From a bacterium (GTDB lineage: Bacteria > Methylomirabilota > Methylomirabilia > CAVQYV01), in the NCBI GenBank assembly GCA_043800755.1, contig JAZDMQ010000084.1, forward strand, positions 1 to 12,338: a DNA stretch of 12,338 nucleotides, given 5' to 3'. Of the stretch, positions 1 through 7,566 are shown piece by piece. A program made the translations under genes and the position numbers. The notes beneath the pieces were generated by a model, which was not told the DNA's origin, searched no databases, and worked only from the letters and a program-made list of their open reading frames with translations. The number at the start of each line of letters is the position of its first letter. Positions within the stretch are counted from its first letter, which is position 1.

Positions 1-284
1 AAGAAGTCTCTCTCCCTCTGTTTGACCATCTTGACGCAGAGCCTCAATGCCTTCTCTTGATCTGGCTCGTCAATGATCTCAAAGGCCCGAGAGTCCACAT
101 GGTGTTCCTCGGATACCCTCTCTATCTTATTCTTGTTGCCCACCAGCGTGGCCTTTACGATCCCTTCCTTAACGCCCCTGCCAACTGCCTCTATGGTATG
201 AGGGTCCTCGCCGCAGGCAACGGATAAGGTCATGGTCTTGCCCTGTTTGGCCTTTTCTACGATCTGGCTCAACCTCTCAATCAT
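1..284 (-). CDS. ptb: Phosphate butyryltransferase / phosphate acyltransferase (PTA_PTB family), N-terminal part; runs off the left edge
   Basis: Not in the ORF track. Manual translation from ATG at 284-282 gives MIERLSQIVEKAKQGKTMTLSVACGEDPHTIEAVGRGVKEGIVKATLVGNKNKIERVSEEHHVDSRAFEIIDEPDQEKALRLCVKMVKQRERDF. This matches the Ptb N-terminal pattern (VAxAEDxHxxEAV...ILVG...ADFLMKG). AGGAGG RBS at 296-291. Confidence 0.8.
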   Translation of the reverse strand, partial: MIERLSQIVEKAKQGKTMTLSVACGEDPHTIEAVGRGVKEGIVKATLVGNKNKIERVSEEHHVDSRAFEIIDEPDQEKALRLCVKMVKQRERDF

Positions 285-329
285 GTCGCGCCTCCTGGTT
301 CGCACTCTAAGTGATAAGGGAGTCCGGCG

Positions 330-441
330 GTGAAGCTCCCCGCCCAGGGCGGGGCTTCCCGGAAATGAAGTACCTATCAATTTCCATTGTGCCCCTTGGC
401 CCCGCTGACAGGGTGGGGCTTGCGGGTCACGGTCCGGTCAA
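330..441. repeat. Multi-hairpin REP/MITE-like palindromic element
   Basis: Two related GC-rich palindromes in direct orientation, CCCCGCCC-A-GGGCGGGGCTT (338-357) and CCCCGCTGACAGGGTGGGGCTT (400-421). Additional stems GGAAAT/ATTTCC (361-385) and GTGCCCC/GGGTCAC (389-430). Boundaries are approximate. Confidence 0.6.
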
Positions 442-824
442 ATCACACATCTGCCGTTGGACAAGTAAACACTCATCTGGGCAATGGAAAACGGGAAAGC
501 GTCTCTTTTGACGAAGGCTTTTTGGGTTATCGGCGGAGGGAGCTGCGGGACCTTCCCGATTAAAGGCCACTGAAATCCACGGGTCAAGGACAACTGAGGA
601 GCCGGCCTGGAAACATGGTAGGCCATCCCCCTCTTTTTCCCACTGAGTTGATCCCTCTGACCTTTTCGGGAAACGAGGATAGGGCTTTTCGGCAACAACC
701 TCCGGTATGCTAACCGGGTGGATACCCTAGCACAAATTGCGCCCCCTGAAAAGTCTTTTTGCAGAGGCCCCTGCTTCCTGGCCCTGGGCGAGTGGAAGGC
801 CTATCCGATCCTCTCCTTCCGCGA

Positions 825-1955
825 TCAGGCCAGGGTCTTGCGGAACTTCCTCGAGGCCAGCCACAAAGTGAATAGGCCCATTACCGCCAGAGCCGCCATC
901 TGCGGCCACAGGATCTTTAAAGGCAACCCCTTGAGGAAGATGCCCCGGATAATCACCAGGAAATAGCGCATGGGATTCAGGAAGGTGAGCCACTGCACTA
1001 CCTTCGGCATGTTGGCAATGGGAAACATCAATCCCGAAAGGAGGATCGCCGGCATGAAGAAGAAGAAAGTGGTCATCATCGCTTGTTGCTGGGTTCGGCT
1101 GACGGTAGAAATCAGGAGGCCGATCCCCAGCGTGGTCATCAGGTAGAGGGCGGTGCCGAAAAGAAGGAGGGGTAAGCTGCCCCGGATTGGAACTGCAAAC
1201 CAAAACACCCCCACGACCGTCACCACCATCACATCGGCGAAACCGATGAGGGCAAAGGGAACCGTCTTCCCTAAGATGAACTCCAAGGGGGTAATGGGGG
1301 TGACGATGATCTGTTCCATGGTGTCGATCTCTTTTTCTCGCACAATGGCCATGGAGGTGAGCATCAAGGTGATGAGGGCCACGATGATGGCGATCACTCC
1401 AGGCACATAGAAATTGCGACTCTCCAGATTCTCATTTCACCAGGCCCGGGTTTGCACCTCCACCCGCCCAGGTTGCCGGGCTGCCCCCTTTAGCCTGGCG
1501 AATTGGCTCCCCAGGATCTGTTGCGAGAACTCCTCCACGATCTTAACACTGTATTGGAGGGTAATGCCCGCCGTATTGGAGTCGGTCCCGTCCAGGATGA
1601 GCTGGAGTTGGGCTGTCTTCCCGGCCTGGAGGCCATTGCCAAAGCCCTTATTCATCATGAGAACGGCCTGGGCCTGGCCACGATCAATTAGCTCTTTCGC
1701 CCGGTTTTCATCGTCGATGTATTCTACGATTTCAAAATATCCTGACTCCACAAAACGGGATGCCAGTTCCCGACTCATTACACTGTTGTCTCGATCGCAT
1801 AGGGCAGTGGCGATATTCCTGACATCCGTAGTCACCGCATAGCTGAACACCAGCAATTGGATGACCGGGGCGATGAAAATGACACCCTTCATTCTCGGGT
1901 CGCGAAAAGCCTGGATGAACTCTTTGATGAGCATGTGCTTGATCCGTCCGAACAA
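825..1955 (-). pseudogene. ABC-2 type permease, YbhR-like, interrupted by an in-frame TGA at 1437-1439
   Basis: ORFs 1437..1955 and 825..1406 are in the same frame: ...VQTRAW-TGA-NENLESRNFYVPGVIA... The paralog upstream reads RAWFNVEMQSKNFIIPGLIA. Motifs KEFxQxxRDP, DGTDSNTA, REKExxTMEQ and GIFLKG are present. TTG start; about 376 aa if read through. Confidence 0.85.
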
Positions 1956-1957
1956 GG

Positions 1958-3090
1958 TTACACCAGCTTCTTCTTAAACTTCGCGTTGGCCAGGACCAAG
2001 ACCACCACTCCGAAGACCGTCAAGAGGGCAACCTCCAGGGCAAGGAGCTCCAGCCCCAGCCCTTTCAAGTAGATGCCCCTAAGGAGTTTCACAAGTACCT
2101 GGCTGGGATCAGGTAGGTGATCAACTGGAGGGGCTTGGGCATGTTCGTGATGGCAAACATCAGTCCCGACAGCAGCAGCGCCGGCAGGTAGGTCACGATC
2201 ATCGCCACCTGACTGGAGAGCAGTTGGCTTTTAGTCACGATGCTGATCAGGATGCCGAGGGACAGAACCCCCGTCAAGAAGATGGCGGCCGTGGAAAAGA
2301 CCAGAGCCGCATTTCCTCGAAGCGGGACCTGAAACAGGAATTTGCCCATCAGGACGGCCAGAAGCACATCGAACATGCCAATGGAGAAGTAGGGCAATAG
2401 CTTACCGAGTATGAGCTCCGGGCCTCTCACTGGGGTGGAAATGAGCTGCTCCATGGTCCCGCTTTCCCACTCACGGGCCACGGTCAGCGAGGTCAGGAGG
2501 GCGGCGATCACATTCATGATGACGGCGATGAGCCCGGGGATAATGAAGTTCTTCGACTGCATCTCGACATTGAACCAAGCCCGGGCTCGCAGATCCAGGG
2601 GTTTCCTCATCGGTTGGCCGCCCAGGCGTTGGATTTTCTGGAGGGCGACCTCTTGAGAATAGGTCTGGGTCAACAACTCGGCGTAGCCTATGGCGATGGT
2701 CGCGGTGTTGGAATCGCTCCCGTCCACAATCAACTGCACCGGCGCCGAACTTGCAGACTCGATGCGCCTGGAGAAATCTCGCGGGATCACGAGGGCTACC
2801 AGGGCCTGGCCGGAATCAATGGCCCGCTCTATCTCGCCATAATTGCGGGCCTGAAGTCGAAGAGAGAAGTAACGAGACCCGTCGAAGCGGCTGACAAGCT
2901 CCCTGCTCGCCTGGGACTCGCTCTGGTCCCAGACCACCAGGGGGACATTGTCCACGTCCAAGGTCAACGCGTAGCCGAAGAGCAGGAGTTGCAGCAGGGG
3001 GATGGCGACGGCCATGGCCAAGCTTCGGGGGTCACGAAAGATATGGATAAATTCCTTGCGGGCAACCGCCCAGAGGCGAAGAGGCCTCAT
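1958..3090 (-). pseudogene. ABC-2 type permease, YbhS-like, with a 1-bp deletion near 2093 that removes the last TM segment
   Basis: ORF 2089..3090 ends LIPARYL*. Adding one base at AA 2093-2094 gives RYFVKLLRGIYLKGLGLELLALEVALLTVFGVVVLVLANAKFKKKLV* (TAA 1958-1960), parallel to the downstream paralog's RYFLVIIRGIFLKG. About 377 aa restored. Confidence 0.85.
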
Positions 3091-4061
3091 CCCTTCACTT
3101 CCTGCTGGGGCGCCTCGGCGCGATCGCGGGCCTCGATCAGGGAGACGAAGACATCCTCCAGCGAAGGGATAATCTTCTCGATCCGCACGAGATGATCTCC
3201 TCTCTCGCGGAGGAGCCTGCCAATTGGCTGAGCGGCAGCTTGCCCGTCCTCAACGACGATATGCAGTCCCCTGCCGAAGAGGGCCACCTCCTTGACGCCG
3301 GGCACCCTCTCGATCTCCTCCATTGCGTCTTGAGGCCTCTCGCACAAGACCTCCAAGACCTCCTCCTGCATCAGTTTGGTCTTCAGGGCTTCGGGGCTAC
3401 CGCTGGCGATCAATTCGCCCCGGTAGATCAGGCCCAGCCGGTCGCAATATTCAGCCTCGTCCATATAGTGGGTGGTGACAAAGGCCGTCACCCCCTTGGC
3501 GGACAGCTGGTAGATCAGGTCCCAGAACTGACGGCGACTGATCGGATCCACTCCTGAGGTGGGTTCATCGAGGAAAAGGATGGGCGGCTCGTGGAGGATC
3601 GCACACCCCAGCGACAGGCGCTGCTTCCAGCCACCGGAGAGAATGGCCGTCCGGGAGTGCCGGTGCCCCTGCAGCCCTGCCATCTCAATCACCCACTCCC
3701 TCCGTTCGTCCTTCTTCTCCGGGGCGATCCCATAGATGCCGCTGTAGAAATCAATGTTCTCCTCAACGGTCAGATCGTCGTAGAGCGAGAACCTCTGGCT
3801 CATGTAGCCAATATGGCTCTTGATTTTCTCCGCCTGGGTAGAGAGGTCGAATCCCGCTACCTCCCCTGTGCCCCCACTGGACGCGAGGATCCCGCAGAGC
3901 ATGCGGATAGTCGTGGATTTTCCTGCTCCATTGGGACCGAGGAAGCCGAAGATCTCACCCTTGGCGACCTCAAAGCTGATGCGATTCACGGCGGTGAAGC
4001 TGCCAAAGCGTTTTTCCAGATCCTTTACCACCACGGCCTTTTCATGCCCCCGCTCATCCAT
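3087..4061 (-). CDS. ABC transporter ATP-binding subunit (like the second NBD of YbhF), intact, 324 aa
   Basis: Walker A GPNGAGKST, Q-loop GYMSQRF, signature LSGGWKQR, Walker B ILFLDEPTSGVD, H-switch TTHYMDEAE, C-terminal PSLEDVF. Start reassigned to ATG at 4061 (MDERGHEK), which overlaps the upstream gene's stop; the ORF-track extension to 4151 overlaps the upstream gene. ATGA overlap with the permease start at 3090. Confidence 0.9.
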   Translation of the reverse strand: MDERGHEKAVVVKDLEKRFGSFTAVNRISFEVAKGEIFGFLGPNGAGKSTTIRMLCGILASSGGTGEVAGFDLSTQAEKIKSHIGYMSQRFSLYDDLTVEENIDFYSGIYGIAPEKKDERREWVIEMAGLQGHRHSRTAILSGGWKQRLSLGCAILHEPPILFLDEPTSGVDPISRRQFWDLIYQLSAKGVTAFVTTHYMDEAEYCDRLGLIYRGELIASGSPEALKTKLMQEEVLEVLCERPQDAMEEIERVPGVKEVALFGRGLHIVVEDGQAAAQPIGRLLRERGDHLVRIEKIIPSLEDVFVSLIEARDRAEAPQQEVKG

Positions 4062-5010
4062 CCCCTTGCCTTCCCCTCCGCCCCCCGCCCTCCCCGGCCA
4101 GGACCGAGACGAAGACATCCTCAAGCGCCGGTTCAATGGATCGAAGGGCACTGATCTTGAGGCCCGCCCCCCGGAGGATCTCTTCCGCCTCGGCAGCGGC
4201 CCTTTGGGGCGCCTGCGTCACCACATGGACACGGTCACCGAAGAGCCCTACCGAGTCCGTTTTAAGCCCCTGGCGCAGCAGGTTCATCGCCCTGCGCGGC
4301 TCGGACGAGCGAATCTCCAGGATTGTCCCCTGCATCAGCCTCTTCACCTCCTCCGGCGCACCGGTGGCCAGGAGCCTACCCTGATGCATGAGTACCACCC
4401 GGCTACAACGCTCCGCCTCATCAAGGTAGCGGTGGAGATCAAGATCGTGACCCCCTCACGGAGCAGCTGATAAAGGATGCGCCAGAAGTCGCGGCGGGAG
4501 ACCGGATCGACCCCGTTGGTCGGCTCATCCAGGAAGAGCACCTTCGGCGTATGGATCAGGGCGGGGGTCAGGCCAAGCTTCTGTTTCATTCCGCCCGAAA
4601 GGTTTCCGGCCAAGCGCCTCTTGAAAGGGGTCAGGTTGCTGAAGGTGAGGAGGCGGTCAATCGTTCCCCCCCCCTCTCTCTCTGCGGGGCACGCCATAGA
4701 TATCCGCATAAAAGTCGATGTTCTCCATCACCGTGAGGTCCGGGTAGAGGCCGAACCTCTGGCTCATATAGCCGATCTCCTCCTTGATCGCCTCCACCTC
4801 CCTTACGATGTGGTGCCCGGCCACCCAGGCCTCACCTGAGGTAGGCTCCATGATGGAGGTCAAGAGCCGCATGGTCGTGGTCTTGCCCGCCCCGTCCGGC
4901 CCCACCAGGCCGAATATCTCCCCCCGGGCGATTCTCATCGTGAGGCCATCAACCGCGACCAGGCCGCCGAAAGACTTTGTAAGGCCCTCGGTCCGTATAA
5001 CATCCGCCAT
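4054..5010 (-). pseudogene. ABC transporter ATP-binding subunit (like the first NBD of YbhF) with two frameshifts
   Basis: ATG at 5010 (MADVIRTEGLTKSFGG...GPDGAGKTT...[12 protein letters not shown]). Frame shifts at the G9 run (4666-4674) into [11 protein letters not shown]...LSGGMKQK...[12 protein letters not shown] 1-bp loss at about 4429 breaks [12 protein letters not shown], and the frame continues as ORF 4054..4398 (EPALEDVF). Confidence 0.85.
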
Positions 5011-5018
5011 CTTCTGCC

Positions 5019-6190
5019 TCACTGGGATTGGTCCAAAATGATCTCCCCGTCCGCAGGCATGCCAGGCTTCAGTTCCATCTTGGAATTCTGAATGTCCACC
5101 TTCAGGCGGTAGACCAGCTTCACCCGTTCCTTTTCCGTCTGGACATTCTTGGGGGTGAACTCGGCCTGGGAGGCAATAAAGGAGATCTTCCCCTCGCAGG
5201 TCTTGCCTGGATAGGTATCCACCCTCACGCGCACTCCTTGACCCACCTTCACTCGACCCAGATCGGTCTCGTTGATGTAGGCACGAAGCCAGACCGCTTC
5301 CAGGCCGCCGACTGTAACCACCGGCGTACCAGGAGAGACATACTCTCCCGCTTCGACATTCTCCGAAAGGACGACCCCGGAAAGGGGAGAAGCCCTGGGT
5401 GGCATAGCCCAGATGGGTCTCCGCCAGGGCGAGGACCTCCATGGCTTGCCTGAGGCGGGCGCGGGCCTGTTCGATCGTCTCCTTGCGGGGACCCTTCTTA
5501 ACCAGCACAAATCGTTCCTTGGCCTCCCTCAAGGCCGCACGGGCCTGTTTTCTCTCCTCCCTCCGGGGACCTTCCCTGACCAGCTTCAAGTTCTCTTCGG
5601 CCTCTCGCTGCCTGGCCCCGGCCACTTCGTAATCAGTCCGGGCTACCTCATTGGCCCGGTCGGATATGAACCCTTCCCGATAGAGCTTGCTTTGCCGTTC
5701 CTCCTCCAGCTGCAGGCGGTCCGTTTCGGCCTTCGCCCGTCGCACCTCGGCCTCGGCTGTGGCAATCTCCTGCGACCTCGATCCGGCCAGCAAATCGGCC
5801 AGTCGCGCCTGGGCCTTCTGCACCGACGCCTCCGCCTGGGCGATCTCTTCCGGTCTTTTGCCCCTCTCCAGCTCCGCCAGGGCAGCCTGGGTCGCCTGAA
5901 CCTCCGCTCTGCGAAGGGCCACTTCTTGTCTGAGCTCCGTATCATCCAAGCGGGCGACGATCTGGCCGGCCTTGACCGTCTCACCCTCCGAGGCCAGGCG
6001 CTCTTGGACTCGGCCAGCGATCTTGAAGCTCACCTCCGCATCGGTGACCTCGATGTTACCAGAGACGCGGATGACTCTCGCGTCATGGTGCGACCTGCCC
6101 TGAAGGAGCGTATAGGTCAAGGCCGCCGCGACCAGCATCAATGGAACCAGAATCAGCACCTTTTTCTTGTTCTTCTTTCTTGTTCTTCAT
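5019..6190 (-). pseudogene. HlyD/YbhG-family periplasmic adaptor (membrane fusion protein), frameshifted
   Basis: N-terminal TM, then SGNIEVTDAEVSFKIAGRV lipoyl half-motif and coiled coil. A +1 frameshift at about 5393-5399 joins it to ASPLSGVVLSENVEAGEYV...AEFTPKNVQTEKERVKLVYRLKV...LKPGMPAD (ORF 5019..5510). ATG at 6190 is put out of frame by a 13-bp duplication; GTG at 6159 is an in-frame alternative start. Confidence 0.85.
6163..6188. repeat. Perfect 13-bp tandem duplication (TTTCTTGTTCTTC x2)
   Basis: Copies at 6163-6175 and 6176-6188, read directly from the sequence. Confidence 0.95.
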
Positions 6191-6248
6191 ATGATGCGAC
6201 CCACCTGTGTCCATACCGCGTTTGGAGCAATCCCTGGGTTCTGATGCC

Positions 6249-6935
6249 TCATGGCGATGCCCCCTTCTTCCCCCCAGGCCGCTTTCTCTTTCCTCTTGCT
6301 GTTCCGGCTACCGCCCCGTACAGGAAGAGATCGAGGGTATGGGCAATTAAGCGTTTGAGGAATTTCTCGTCCCCCGGGTCCATTCCCAGGATTCGCTGCA
6401 CTATGTAACGATTGTGAAAGAAGAAGAAGAGGATCATCGCCAGGAAAGAGATCGGGGCCAGTTCCGGATCCAGCTTGCGGAATTTCCCAACGGAAATGGC
6501 CTCCTCAATCAGTAATCTTCCCAGATGATAGTTGCGGGCAAAGTATTTCTCCACCAAGAAGCCCAGACGAGGCGACTCGCTGGCCAATTCCCGGTGAAGG
6601 ATTTGGATGAAATGGGACTGGGTGGGGACCCATGTCGCGATCACCTCGAGGATGCGACGCAACCTCTCTTCCACCGTGTCCGAGGAGGAGATCAAACCCT
6701 CCAAGACCTGAGGGACTCCCATGACCGCCCTTTCCAAGGTCGAGCGATAAAGGTTCTCTTTGTCCATGAAATAATAATAGATGAGGGCGGTATTGGTCTG
6801 GGCTGCCCTCGCGATCTCTCGTATGGAGGCCCCTTCAAATCCTTTCCGGGCAAAGAGTCCCTCTGCTGCCAAGAGGATGCGCCCTCTCCGGCCAGAGCCG
6901 TCTGCGCCCGAAGCCTTTTCCCCCGCCTTTTTCAT
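6249..6935 (-). CDS. TetR/AcrR-family transcriptional regulator (in the position of CecR/YbiH)
   Basis: HTH RILLAAEGLFARKGFEGASIREIARAAQTNTALIYYYFMDKENLY. GGGAG RBS upstream. Heads the efflux operon as ybiH(cecR) does in E. coli. Confidence 0.92.
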   Translation of the reverse strand: MKKAGEKASGADGSGRRGRILLAAEGLFARKGFEGASIREIARAAQTNTALIYYYFMDKENLYRSTLERAVMGVPQVLEGLISSSDTVEERLRRILEVIATWVPTQSHFIQILHRELASESPRLGFLVEKYFARNYHLGRLLIEEAISVGKFRKLDPELAPISFLAMILFFFFHNRYIVQRILGMDPGDEKFLKRLIAHTLDLFLYGAVAGTARGKRKRPGGKKGASP

Positions 6936-6949
6936 CCTACTCCCTTCTA

Positions 6950-6969
6950 TTAATCAATCGTCCGATTAA
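6950..6969. promoter_or_regulatory. Putative TetR operator, TTAATC-AATCGTCC-GATTAA
   Basis: Perfect 6-bp inverted arms in an AT-rich 20-mer within GC-rich DNA, 14 bp upstream of the tetR start and directly downstream of the predicted -10. Confidence 0.7.
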
Positions 6970-6998
6970 ATTTTTGCCCAAGAGAAACCCTCAGTCAA
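6970..6998 (-). promoter_or_regulatory. Putative sigma70 promoter of the tetR-efflux operon
   Basis: -35 TTGACT (6998-6993), 17-bp spacer, -10 AAAAAT (6975-6970, 4/6 match). Confidence 0.5.
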
Positions 6999-7253
6999 GG
7001 ATAAATTGCCCCGCGACCCTTCAGGGCCAACTGTCCTCAAGGAAGGGGAGACGAGGTCAATCCCGGGTGCAAGGGATGCCGCGGCAGATGGTGGAAAGGA
7101 CAGGCCTGGAGGGAAAGCGCGATCAGGCAGAGGGTTAAAGACCAGGCCATCCACCAACCAAGGCGTTTTCGAGAACCGATTGACCAGCTCATCGCTGCAC
7201 AGCTCCTTTCTACAGGATCTATTGGGAAAACAACAGGGAGGCGGAAGACTCTC

Positions 7254-7538
7254 CTAACCCAAGGCCTGGCTCCAGGGGATATTCAAGGGATTGGAAAGAA
7301 AGCGATCCCGACAATCCCTGCAAATCAAATAGACCTGGCGCAGATAGACCTCCCTTTCCAGATCCGCCTCGTCCATCAGCTCCATTTCTTCCACCAGCCT
7401 CTTCATCCGGGGCAGGACCTCCCCCTCCTCCTCGGGCAAGACACCATCGAAGTCGGCGTAGACCTGGAGGTCCACAATATATTTCAGGCTTCCGGGAGGG
7501 AGGCTCTTGCCACAGCGGATGCAGAATTGATTCACCAT
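7254..7538 (-). CDS. Small acidic hypothetical protein with two CxxC pairs (putative zinc-binding), 94 aa
   Basis: MVNQFCIRCGKSLPPGSLKYIVDLQVYADFDG...YLICRDCRDRFLSNPL. Start reassigned to ATG at 7538 (GGTGAG upstream), which avoids overlap with pmbA. Confidence 0.75.
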   Translation of the reverse strand: MVNQFCIRCGKSLPPGSLKYIVDLQVYADFDGVLPEEEGEVLPRMKRLVEEMELMDEADLEREVYLRQVYLICRDCRDRFLSNPLNIPWSQALG

Positions 7539-7566
7539 GGGCTCACCGTAAAGGAGGCGATTCCCC

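Noticed and set aside
311..511. 66-aa plus-strand ORF
   Set aside because: Reads through the palindromic element and is better explained as non-coding structure.
438..698. 86-aa minus-strand ORF between the efflux operon and ptb
   Set aside because: Non-ATG start, no recognisable domain, and composition not convincingly protein-like; not fully excluded.
729..744. Possible sigma54 promoter on the minus strand (GGGCGCAATTTGTGCT)
   Set aside because: GG-N10-GC spacing is right, but it deviates from TGGCACG and TTGC at several positions and lies about 445 bp from ptb.
1437..1439. TGA as selenocysteine or a reassigned codon
   Set aside because: The aligned residue is Phe, not Cys. No SECIS-like hairpin is evident downstream, and TGA is the normal stop of several genes here (tetR, pmbA, GNAT, ATPase).
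4657..6159. 500-aa ORF that looks like an HlyD-ABC ATPase fusion
   Set aside because: Produced by the +1 shift at about 5395. The middle segment is the wrong frame of the HlyD C-terminus, which has its own stop at 5019-5021, and the ATPase has its own ATG at 5010.
6966..7257. Short ORFs 6966-7157 (-) and 7006-7257 (+)
   Set aside because: Low-complexity translations overlapping or adjoining the tetR promoter region, with no homology cues.
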